Assembly: GCA_046292385.1 (NCBI GenBank)
Contig: JBKBRF010000061.1
Location: 1 to 36,374, forward strand
Source of the DNA: Armatimonadota bacterium
Lineage (GTDB): Bacteria; Armatimonadota; SYMT01
Reading direction: 5' to 3'
Length of the DNA: 36,374 nucleotides
The notes below the pieces were generated by a model that searched no databases, was not told where the DNA came from, and worked only from the letters and a program-made list of their open reading frames with translations. The position numbers and the translations under genes are program-made. Shown in pieces: positions 18,542-26,127 of the stretch (its first letter is position 1; each line of letters opens with the position of its first letter).

Positions 18542-19063
18542 ATGGACGGGGCGATCTCTGTAGTAAGCGAGCGCTCGTTCGAGGAGCTGGTCTGCAGCCA
18601 GAAGCAGCGGGTCTTCGGCTACCTGCGCCGCGTCACCGGAGAGACCGCCGCCTCGGAGGAGCTGGCGCTGGAAGTCTTCACCCGTGCCTCCCGCCTGCGC
18701 GCGGCGCGCCCCGGGCTCCGTCCGGAGCTCTGGCTGCTCCGCCTCGCTACGGACGCCGTGCTGTCGCGCTCGCTCCGGCCTTCCCCGTTCTGGCCCTGGC
18801 GGGGCCGCCGCCGCGCCCCGGCCCACTTCTGCCCGGCTCCGGAGCCGCCCGCCGCGGGGCTGCCCGAGCAGGTGGAGCAGGCGCTCCGCACCCTTCCGGT
18901 AGAGCTGCGGATCGCGCTGGTACTCCACGACGTCGAGCGCCTGAGCGCGGCCGAGGCGGCGGAGGCGGCCGGCTGCACCCCGGAGGAGATCCGCCGGCGC
19001 GTGAGCGAAGCGCGGGCGCGGCTGCGGCCGGTACTCTACTCCGGCGTGTCCGGGGGTGTGTGA
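18542..19063 (+). CDS. ECF-type RNA polymerase sigma factor, divergent
   Basis: GAGGGGAG RBS; region 2 (FEELV...VFGYL...EELALEVF...WLLRLA) and region 4 (ALRTLP...ALVL...LS..E.AE..G...ARARLR). Confidence 0.75.
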   Translation: MDGAISVVSERSFEELVCSQKQRVFGYLRRVTGETAASEELALEVFTRASRLRAARPGLRPELWLLRLATDAVLSRSLRPSPFWPWRGRRRAPAHFCPAPEPPAAGLPEQVEQALRTLPVELRIALVLHDVERLSAAEAAEAAGCTPEEIRRRVSEARARLRPVLYSGVSGGV

Positions 19064-19157
19064 GGGCAGTGTTGCAGGTTACCAGGTTGAAAGCTCGGAG
19101 CCCCGCTTACGGAGCGCTGACCTGCAACCCGGTAACCTGCAACCTGTTAACCCCTCA
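19061..19157. repeat. inverted-repeat element with alternating 7/8-nt units (GCAGGTT/ACCAGGTT) spanning stop codon to stop codon
   Basis: GTTGCAGGTTACCAGGTTG (19071-19089) versus CAACCCGGTAACCTGCAAC (19125-19143); outermost TGAGGG/CCCTCA include both genes' stop codons. Confidence 0.85.
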
Positions 19158-20546
19158 GCCCGACGGGGAGATCATCTGCTCCGGGCGGACGATCTGGTCG
19201 AACTCCTCCCCGGTGAGCAGCCCCAGCGCCACGGCGGCTTCCCGCAGGGTGGTGCCCTCCACGTGGGCCTTCTTCGCTACCTTCGCGGCGTTGTCGTAGC
19301 CGATCCGCGGGTTCAGGGCGGTGACCAGCATCAGCGACTGCCGCAGGTGTCGCTCGATGCTGGCGCGGTTCGGCTCGATGCCGTGGGCGCAGTGCTCCTC
19401 GAACGAGAGGCAGGCGTCCCCCAGCAGGCGGGTAGAGTGGAGCACGTTGTGGATGATGAGCGGCTTGAAGACGTTCAGCTCGAAGTTGCCGGACATCCCG
19501 CCGATATTCACCGCCACGTCGTTCCCCATCACCTGCGCGCAGACCATCGTCATCGCCTCGGACTGGGTGGGGTTCACCTTGCCCGGCATGATGGAGCTGC
19601 CCGGCTCATTCTCCGGGATGGTGATCTCCCCGATGCCGCAGCGCGGGCCGGAGGCGAGCCAGCGGATGTCGTTGGCGATCTTGAAGAGCGAGGCGGCGAG
19701 CGTCTTCAGCGCGCCGTGTGCCGCCACCAGCGCGTCGTGCCCGGCCAGGGCGGCGAACTTGTTCGGCGCGGTGCGGAACGGCAGGCCGGTCAGCTCCGCG
19801 ATCTTGGCGGCGGAGCGCACCGCGAACTCCGGATGGGTGTTGAGCCCGGTGCCGACCGCGGTGCCGCCCAGCGCCAGCTCGTAGACGTCGTCCAGGCTGC
19901 GCTCGATGATCCGGAGGTCGGCGTCGAGCTGCGCCACGTAGCCGGAGAGCTCCTGTCCCAGGGTGAGCGGGGTGGCGTCCATCAGGTGCGTGCGGCCGAT
20001 CTTGATGATGTCCGCGAACTCGTCGCTCTTCTGCGCGAGCGTGTCGCGCAGCTTCCGCACCGCGGGCAGCAGGTGGTGGACGATCCGCTCCGCCGCCGCG
20101 ATGTGCATGGCGGTGGGGAAGGTGTCGTTCGACGACTGCGCCTTGTTCACGTCGTCGTTCGGGTGGACCGGCTTCTTGCTCCCCATCTCCCCGCCCGCCA
20201 GCTCGATGGCGCGGTTGGAGATCACCTCGTTGGAGTTCATGTTCGTCTGCGTGCCGCTGCCGGTCTGCCAGACGCGCAGGGGGAAGTGCTCGTCCAGCTT
20301 CCCCTCGATCACCTCGTCCGCGGCCCGGACGATCAGCTCCGCCTTCTCCGCGGGGAGCAGCCCCAGCTCCTGGTTCGTCAGCGCGGCCGCCTTCTTCAGG
20401 ATCCCGAGCGCGCGGATCATCTCGCGGGGGAAGCGGTCGTCGCCGATGTCGAAGTGGACAAGCGATCGCGCCGTCTGTGCGCCGTAGTAGCGGTCGGAGG
20501 GCACCTCGATGGTGCCCATGCTGTCGGTCTCGATGCGGGTGCTCAC
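19155..20546 (-). CDS. fumC: class II fumarate hydratase
   Basis: GTG start at 20546 ([11 protein letters not shown]); [29 protein letters not shown], signature [15 protein letters not shown]. Confidence 0.98.
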   Translation of the reverse strand: MSTRIETDSMGTIEVPSDRYYGAQTARSLVHFDIGDDRFPREMIRALGILKKAAALTNQELGLLPAEKAELIVRAADEVIEGKLDEHFPLRVWQTGSGTQTNMNSNEVISNRAIELAGGEMGSKKPVHPNDDVNKAQSSNDTFPTAMHIAAAERIVHHLLPAVRKLRDTLAQKSDEFADIIKIGRTHLMDATPLTLGQELSGYVAQLDADLRIIERSLDDVYELALGGTAVGTGLNTHPEFAVRSAAKIAELTGLPFRTAPNKFAALAGHDALVAAHGALKTLAASLFKIANDIRWLASGPRCGIGEITIPENEPGSSIMPGKVNPTQSEAMTMVCAQVMGNDVAVNIGGMSGNFELNVFKPLIIHNVLHSTRLLGDACLSFEEHCAHGIEPNRASIERHLRQSLMLVTALNPRIGYDNAAKVAKKAHVEGTTLREAAVALGLLTGEEFDQIVRPEQMISPSG

Positions 20547-20729
20547 AGCATTCAGCCTCGGATTCTCACGCGGCGCCGGTACCGCGCCCGGCATGGCGCT
20601 CCGGCGGAAGGTCGGAGCGCGATTGCTCGCAGGCAGGCGCGCCGGTGTTTGACACCGTTCCGGCGGATGGATAAAAAGAAGGTCAGCGGTGCCGGGGATT
20701 GCCCGCCCCGGAGAAGTGTATCCAGGCCG

Positions 20730-20894
20730 GTGCCGATCTACGAATACCAGTGTCCAGATTGCGGGGCGCGCTTCGGCCGCCTTCGCCCGATGCAAGAGCG
20801 CGACGAGCCGATCCGCTGCCCGGAGTGCGCCTCCGAGCGGGCGCGGCGGGTTGTCTCTGTCGTGGCGGCGGCGCGCTGCGCGCCCGAAGGCTGA
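20730..20894 (+). CDS. FmdB-family zinc-ribbon protein (extends to 20903 if UGA encodes Sec)
   Basis: GTG start; [12 protein letters not shown]...CPECAS...RVVS (CxxC...CPxC) FmdB signature; ends CAPEG-TGA-AAG-ATC-TGA. Confidence 0.9.
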   Translation: MPIYEYQCPDCGARFGRLRPMQERDEPIRCPECASERARRVVSVVAAARCAPEG

Positions 20895-20898
20895 AAGA

Positions 20899-20935
20899 TC
20901 TGATCCCGGGCCCGGGCGGCCCGAACCATCGCAGA
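20899..20935 (+). promoter_or_regulatory. candidate bacterial SECIS hairpin
   Basis: Stem CGGGCC/GGCCCG (20907-20923) with loop CGGGC starting 18 nt after the UGA; lower pairing TCT-GAT with ATC-(GC)-AGA. Confidence 0.45.
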
Positions 20936-20956
20936 AGAGTGCGAGAGGAGAACTCG

Positions 20957-21283
20957 ATGGCGGCTTTGCAGGAAGTGAACGAGCAGAACTGGGAGTCCGA
21001 GGTGCTGAACTCCGATCAGCCGGTGCTGGTCGACTTCTGGGCGCCCTGGTGCGGTCCCTGCCGGATGCTCACCCCCACCGTCGAGGCGGTGGCGCAGGAG
21101 CTGGACGGCCGCGCGAAGGTGGTGAAGTGCAACACCGACGACGCGGGCCCGGTGGCGACCCGCTACGGCGTGATGAGCATTCCGGTCCTGATGCTGTTCA
21201 AGGACGGCAAGGTGGTGGACCAGCTCCTCGGCGCCGGCCATAAGAAGCAGGCGATCGTGGAGAAAATCGAAGCGCACCTCTGA
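20957..21283 (+). CDS. trxA: thioredoxin
   Basis: [26 protein letters not shown] cis-Pro loop, FKDG; 108 aa. Confidence 0.97.
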   Translation: MAALQEVNEQNWESEVLNSDQPVLVDFWAPWCGPCRMLTPTVEAVAQELDGRAKVVKCNTDDAGPVATRYGVMSIPVLMLFKDGKVVDQLLGAGHKKQAIVEKIEAHL

Positions 21284-21285
21284 TT

Positions 21286-21321
21286 GGGGGTCTAGGGTTT
21301 AGGGGGTAGGGTTTAGGGTCT
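21286..21321 (+). repeat. solo heptamer tandem array (TAGGGTT-like), with G-quadruplex-forming potential
   Basis: GGGGGTCTAGGGTTTAGGGGGTAGGGTTTAGGGTCT directly after the trxA stop codon. Confidence 0.8.
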
Positions 21322-21387
21322 CGGGCTGGCGTCGTGCTGGGGCCGGTCCGGGGCGCTCACTCACCTGCCGGAAGGCGCATTCGGAGT

Positions 21388-21431
21388 ACAGAGACGGGGG
21401 CTGCGGTCTGAACCGCGGCCCCCATCTTTGT
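21388..21431 (+). terminator. intrinsic terminator-like hairpin downstream of trxA
   Basis: GGGGGCTGCGG-TCTGAA-CCGCGGCCCCC followed by ATCTTTGT. Confidence 0.6.
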
Positions 21432-21480
21432 ACTCCCGAGCGGCCGGGGCCGAACCGGGCTGCGCTTCGCGGGAGTGGGG

Positions 21481-22521
21481 GTGATAAAGGATAGGGTCGG
21501 CCCGGTCCCCTTCCTCGCCATGCCCTCCGCCGCCGCGCCTCCCGCCGTCGACCGCCTTTTCCGGCGCCACAAGCTGGGTCCGGTCCGCTCTGTCGAGCGG
21601 CTCCACGGGGGCCGGCTGAACACCGTCTTGCGCGTGGACGGCGAGTGGGTGCTCCGCTACCGGGAAGCGGCGCTTTCTACCGGGTCGCTGCTGCGCGAGG
21701 CGGCGGTGCTGGAGACCCTGGCCGGCCGGCTTCCCCTACCGGAGCCGCTGGCGCACGGGATGGACGACCTCCTGGGGGAGTACCTGATCGAGCGCTGGGT
21801 GCCGGGCCAGAGCCTGCTCCGGGCGTGGCTGGCCAATCCGGACGTGGCGACGCGGGAGTGGTGGCTGGTGCAGTGGATCTCCGCGCTTAAGGCGATCCAC
21901 GAGGTGCGCTACCCCCGGCCGGGCGAGCTGGTGAAGGGGACCCTGCAAGAGCACGCTTCCTGGCGCGGCTACATCGAGTCGCGGATCCGCAAGCGGCTCG
22001 ACCTCCTGATGCGGGTTCCGGGGCTCGACCGCGGCCTGATCCTGGCGGTGGAGCGCTACCTGCGGCAGACTTCCGGGGTGCTGGAAGACGGGCCGTTCTG
22101 CCTGATCCACCGCGACCTCCACTTCGGGAACGCGCTGGTGGATGGGCCGCACCTCTCCGCGGTGCTCGACTTCGAGCTGGCGGAGGCGGGTCCGCCCGAC
22201 TACGAGCTCGACGCGATCGTCCGCTTCCTGCGCCGGCCGGCTGAGTTCGCGGATGCCGCGGGCGTCCCCCCGGCGGAGCTCGCGCGGGTCACCCCGATGC
22301 GCTTCGCCTCGGTCTGGGTTCGGCTGCGGAAGGGCTACCCGGAGCTGTTCGCGGTCCGTAACCTGCGGGAGCGGCTCTGCCTCTACGCGCTGGATCACGA
22401 CCTCTCGTGCCTGGCGCAAGCCTACAGCGGCCGCTGGGGCGCCCGCGGAGAAGCCGCCTCCGGAGCGGCGCTCGACCGCATCGCAGAGGTCCTACAGGGG
22501 CGGTACGGACCACCCGCTTAA
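21481..22521 (+). CDS. APH/choline-kinase-like phosphotransferase family protein (start uncertain: 21475, 21481 or 21520)
   Basis: GGRLN nucleotide loop, WVLR, REAAVL, LPEPLA, Brenner motif HRDLHFGN, LDFE. Confidence 0.88.
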   Translation: MIKDRVGPVPFLAMPSAAAPPAVDRLFRRHKLGPVRSVERLHGGRLNTVLRVDGEWVLRYREAALSTGSLLREAAVLETLAGRLPLPEPLAHGMDDLLGEYLIERWVPGQSLLRAWLANPDVATREWWLVQWISALKAIHEVRYPRPGELVKGTLQEHASWRGYIESRIRKRLDLLMRVPGLDRGLILAVERYLRQTSGVLEDGPFCLIHRDLHFGNALVDGPHLSAVLDFELAEAGPPDYELDAIVRFLRRPAEFADAAGVPPAELARVTPMRFASVWVRLRKGYPELFAVRNLRERLCLYALDHDLSCLAQAYSGRWGARGEAASGAALDRIAEVLQGRYGPPA

Positions 22522-22637
22522 AGGCAAAAGTAAAAAGGCTAAAGGCTAAAGTGGGAACCCCGCTTTCCGGAGGCGAGGGTTCGGAACTTTAGCCTTTAGC
22601 CTTTTTACTCTTGCCTTTAGAGGCCTTTTGCCTTTAG
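22519..22637. repeat. inverted-repeat element with TAAAGGC heptamer arms
   Basis: 34-nt arm 22519-22552 matches the reverse complement of 22586-22619 at 33/34 positions; extra units at 22623-22637; inner GAACCC/GGGTTC hairpin. Confidence 0.92.
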
Positions 22638-22640
22638 GAC

Positions 22641-23738
22641 CTAGTGATTCTCGTGGCCGGGGTGGGGCGGGTGCGGCATGGCGGCGGCGTCGGGACCGGG
22701 ACCGGGCATGGCGCCTGGGGGTCCGCCGGCGACGGCGCCGAGCTGCTTTACGAGCTGCTCCACCATCTTGTACTCCGGCCGGTTCACTTGGACGGCGGCG
22801 GAGCTGGCGGCCTGCATCATCGAGGCGCGGTTCTCATCCATCTTGCCGCTGGTCTGGGCTTTCTGCGGGAGGAGCTGCACGCGGATCACGTCGCGATAGT
22901 CTTCGTACTTCGCTTCCTTGCCGGGCAGCTTCTCATCCAGCCGGACGATCACCCAGGTCGCCCCGATCTTGATCGGCTTGCTGATCTCTTTATCGTTCAG
23001 AGCGAAGGCGGCTTCCACGGCGCGCGGGCTCACCGGCAGGCCGGAGACGTCCGGCTCCGGGATGTTCCGGGGGAGCGGATCCGGCACCTGGCCGCCGTTC
23101 TGCTTGAACGGATCCTTGGAGCGGGACGCGGCCACGACCTTGAAGTCGGCCCCGCCTCCCAGCTCGGAGGTCACCTGCTTCAGCGCCGCGGGGTCATCCA
23201 CGGTGATCTGGGAGATGCGCACGCGCTCCGGAATGTCGAACTGCTCTTTCAGCTCGTCGAACGTCTTCCGCACCTCGGAGTCGGGCAGGTCCACCCCGCG
23301 ATAGAGCACGCGCTCCGCCAGGATGGAGCTCAGCACCTGGCGCCGGAACGCATCCATGGTGACGCCGCGCTGCTTGAGCTGTTCGTCGAAGTTGCCGCCG
23401 GAGAACGCCTCGCGGCGCCGGAAGGCATCGATCCGCTCCTGGATCTCTTCCTCGGTGGGGTAGACGCCGTGCTTGCGCGCCTCCTGCTCCAGCAGCGAGT
23501 TCTGCGACCACTGGATCAGCACCTGGAGCCCCACGCTGGCGCCGTTCTGGCCGGTCACCGAGGAGGTCTCGCAGAGCTTCAGGAATTCGTTTTCGGAGAG
23601 CTTGGCATCGTTCAGCTGGGCGACCGGCTTGGCGCCGCACCCGCTGAGACCGGTGGCACCGATCGCCACTACACCTGCCACGGCAATGGAGAGGAGCGCA
23701 GACTTCCGTCCGGAATGCGCTCGGGGAATGAGACCCAT
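22641..23738 (-). CDS. PrsA/SurA-like lipoprotein foldase with parvulin-type domain
   Basis: Lipobox LSGC; SurA-N-like LLEQEARKHGV; parvulin-like GADFKVVAASRSKD...NGG...AAFAL...ISKPIK. Confidence 0.85.
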   Translation of the reverse strand: MGLIPRAHSGRKSALLSIAVAGVVAIGATGLSGCGAKPVAQLNDAKLSENEFLKLCETSSVTGQNGASVGLQVLIQWSQNSLLEQEARKHGVYPTEEEIQERIDAFRRREAFSGGNFDEQLKQRGVTMDAFRRQVLSSILAERVLYRGVDLPDSEVRKTFDELKEQFDIPERVRISQITVDDPAALKQVTSELGGGADFKVVAASRSKDPFKQNGGQVPDPLPRNIPEPDVSGLPVSPRAVEAAFALNDKEISKPIKIGATWVIVRLDEKLPGKEAKYEDYRDVIRVQLLPQKAQTSGKMDENRASMMQAASSAAVQVNRPEYKMVEQLVKQLGAVAGGPPGAMPGPGPDAAAMPHPPHPGHENH

Positions 23739-23750
23739 CGTGACCTATCC

Positions 23751-24530
23751 TTAAGAAGTAAAGAGGTCCCGGTCGGCCGCCAGGTATCCCCGCAGACGCA
23801 TCATCGCCTGCTGGTGGAGCTGGAACACGCGGGATTCTGAAACCTGGAGGATCTTGCCGATCTCTTTGAACGTCAGACCTTCGTAGTAATATAACGAAAG
23901 CACCAGGTGCTCGCGTTCCGGGAGGCGCTTAATCGCGATAGCCAGCGCCTTCCGCCGCTCCAGCTTCTCTACTTCTCCGGTGGTGTTCGCCTCCGCCCCC
24001 GGGTCTTCCACCGTATCGACCACCCGCAGCGTGCCGTCCGGCTCCGCGGAGAAGAGCATCTCGTCCAGGGAGAGGAGCGAGGCGGCTGCCACGTCCGAGA
24101 GCAGCTTGTGCAGCTCGTCCAAGGTGATGCCGAGCTCTGCGGAAACCTCGTCTTCGGAGCCGGGGCGGCCCAGACGCCGTTCCACGGCGGCGTAGCCGCG
24201 CTCCAGCATCTTGATCTTGTCCCGCACGCTGCGAGGCGCCCAGTCTTCCCCCCGCAGCAGCTCCAGGATGGCGCCGCGGATCAGGGCGATCGCGTAGGTC
24301 TCGAACTTGACCGCGCGGGTGGAGTCGAACTGATCGACGGCCCGGATAAGGCCGATCACCCCGGCAGAGATCAAGTCTTCCCGGTCCAGGCTGGCGGGCA
24401 CGTTCCCCGCTACCCGGCCGGCGGTGATCTTGACCAGGTAGCTGTAATTGTCGATCAGGGTTTCGCGCGCGCGCCGGTCGCCGTGGTGCTTGAAGCGGTG
24501 CCAGATTTCCTGGAGGCTGTCGGCGGCCAT
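23751..24530 (-). CDS. FliA/WhiG-family RNA polymerase sigma factor (sigma-28 group)
   Basis: Start MAADSLQEIW; DLISAGVIGL, KFETYA..IRGAI..LR..DWAPRSVR, LYYYEGLTFKEIGKILQVSESRVFQLH. Confidence 0.93.
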   Translation of the reverse strand: MAADSLQEIWHRFKHHGDRRARETLIDNYSYLVKITAGRVAGNVPASLDREDLISAGVIGLIRAVDQFDSTRAVKFETYAIALIRGAILELLRGEDWAPRSVRDKIKMLERGYAAVERRLGRPGSEDEVSAELGITLDELHKLLSDVAAASLLSLDEMLFSAEPDGTLRVVDTVEDPGAEANTTGEVEKLERRKALAIAIKRLPEREHLVLSLYYYEGLTFKEIGKILQVSESRVFQLHQQAMMRLRGYLAADRDLFTS

Positions 24531-24844
24531 GTTTAGGTGGGTCCCGCGAAGGTACGCCCGGGATTCGATCGCGCGGGGGGCGCGCGACAAAGGGCCCGGT
24601 AGAACTGGCGACGGTTGCCCGCCTGAGGGGGAAGCGCGGCAAAGCTAACAGGCACGGTGCCGCGCGGGTGATTTCGCGCGGTCCCGGCCGATCTTCAACC
24701 GGACGCCTCTCCCCGCTGTAATCGTCGGCTGCTTGCCGACCGCGGGGACAGGCGCTGGGCGTTTCCGCCTCCGGTCAAAGACCTTACCCATCGTATCGCA
24801 CTGGGGGCGAACGCGGGGTTGGTTGGGAGAATATTCCGGATCGG

Positions 24845-25351
24845 TTACCGAACGACCTGCTCGACGGCGCTATCGAGCGCGTCGAGGTTCAGCCCCACCA
24901 GTACCTGGTGGACCTTGCCGCTGCGGTCGATCACGACGGTGTGCGGGATCGCCTGGACCCCGTACTTCTCCGCAATGGCGCCTTTCGGATCGAAGACGAC
25001 CGGGAACTTCGCCTTCGCTTCCTGGGGAATCGAGGCCGCTGCGGCTCGGTCCTCGTCCAGGGAGACGGCGATCACCTTGAGGCCCTTGGCGCCCAGCTTC
25101 TCGTCGAGCTGCTTCAGGTGCGGAAACTCCTTCCGGCATGGCCCGCAGAACTCCGCGTAGAAGTTCAGCACCACGGGATTCTTGCCCCGGAAGTCGGAGA
25201 GGGTGATCTTCTTGCCGTCGAGGGTGGTGCCGCTGAAGTCCGGCGGCAGCTCGCCTTTGACCGCCTTGGCGCTACCCGGCCCGGCGAGGGAGAACGCCAG
25301 CGCGGCACTCGCGGCGGCAACGGAGTAGAGTCCGAGCTTGAGAAATCGCAT
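24845..25351 (-). CDS. exported TlpA/ResA-family thiol-disulfide oxidoreductase
   Basis: Signal peptide from ATG 25351; PDF...LSDFRGK..VVLNFYAEFCGPCRKE, AVSLD, YGVQAIP...IDRSG. Confidence 0.92.
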   Translation of the reverse strand: MRFLKLGLYSVAAASAALAFSLAGPGSAKAVKGELPPDFSGTTLDGKKITLSDFRGKNPVVLNFYAEFCGPCRKEFPHLKQLDEKLGAKGLKVIAVSLDEDRAAAASIPQEAKAKFPVVFDPKGAIAEKYGVQAIPHTVVIDRSGKVHQVLVGLNLDALDSAVEQVVR

Positions 25352-25689
25352 GGTTGCTTCGTAAACGGCACCGCAGGCGCGGGTGCCGGGTGGTTTCCAG
25401 TGGATACGTCGGTTCCGCGGCTCGATCACCGCGTTGTACCTAAGACCCGAATTCTAGCGTCGCGTTCCGTCTTGCGGCGAGAGGCGGCGCCGATCCGGCG
25501 ACCCCTCCGTCAATCGACGGCCTTGGATGCGAGCTAGCATTGTCGGGCGTGAGCGATCAGCTGCCGTCGTGCTACGCCCCAGTTATCGTGAGCCGGGACA
25601 TGGCCGAAGGACGGCCACCCCCAGAGAAACGGAGGCTTGACCCATCGATAGCCGTCCGGCACTTCGATCGAGGCACCGCTCCCCGAATT

Positions 25690-25848
25690 TGTCATCCTGA
25701 CCGCCGGGAAGAATCTCGGCAGCCGTCCTGGCCCGGAGCACGCAGAGGGGGGACGAGGACGCCGCCTGGTGGAGCGCTCCCGGACGGGGGCCACGCGTGC
25801 TCCCGGAAGGCCGAGTGACGTAGATCCTTCACTCCGTTCAGGATGACC
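25690..25848. repeat. REPIN-like inverted pair of GTCATCCTGA...GAAG(G/A)ATCT REP units
   Basis: TGTCATCCTGACCGCCGGGAAGAATCT (25690-25716) versus AGATCCTTCACTCCGTTCAGGATGAC (25822-25847); inner CCGGAGCACGC/GCGTGCTCCCGG pairing. Confidence 0.8.
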
Positions 25849-26092
25849 ATCGGGTGGCTGGCCGGAGCGCACGCTGCGCCGCCACCCGCCACGGCACTCA
25901 ACCGGCCGAGGTAGGGTCTCGAGACGGAGCTTCTTGAGGATGATCAGGAGCGGCACGGCCTCCTCGTTATGAGGAGCGGGCTGAACTCCGCGCGTTGGTG
26001 CCGCCGGCAGTCAACTGCCGGCGATCCACCCTCTTGCACGTCCGGTGCGAGCAAAGCCCCTGCGCAAAGCCGCTCCCGTCCCCGCGCAGGAT

Positions 26093-26122
26093 CTACACCT
26101 TATCCCCTATACCGTACACCCT
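26093..26122. repeat. solo heptamer tandem array (NTACACC-like) just after the purM stop codon
   Basis: CTACACC-TTATCCC-CTATACC-GTACACC-CT. Confidence 0.6.
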
Positions 26123-26127
26123 CTGGA

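Noticed and set aside
19155..20795. N-terminally extended ORF-track starts for fumC (also trxA, the response regulator, FG-GAP, Gfo/Idh/MocA, mazE, FliA, TlpA)
   Set aside because: The extensions are Arg/Pro-rich junk or overlap other genes; family-typical N-termini and RBSs lie downstream.
19056..20894. 612-aa plus-strand ORF
   Set aside because: Antisense to fumC; only the last 54 codons (FmdB) are a credible gene.
21286..21321. Eukaryotic telomere contamination or mis-assembly
   Set aside because: Only about five degenerate units embedded in continuous bacterial sequence, and other heptamer arrays occur throughout the window.
21355..21431. Glycine riboswitch or SRP RNA suggested by GCCGGAAGGCGCA
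   Set aside because: Lacks the GGAGA/CTCAGG glycine core and the SRP CAGG...AGCAG internal loop; only a short GGAA-tetraloop stem and a terminator are supported.
21481..22521. Aminoglycoside resistance gene
   Set aside because: Only the generic APH-family fold motifs are visible; chromosomal host-like context and no specific match to known resistance kinases.
22519..22637. CRISPR array interpretation of the periodic repeats
   Set aside because: Units are 7-9 nt, contiguous and inverted, with no spacers and no cas genes.
24591..24660. c-di-GMP-I or ZTP riboswitch suggested by GCAAAGC and ACTGGCG...CCGCCTG
   Set aside because: Wrong strand for the adjacent gene, and the other conserved elements are missing.
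26046..26066. Sigma-54 promoter on the minus strand (...GCAGGGGCTTTGCT)
   Set aside because: The invariant GG at -24 is absent.
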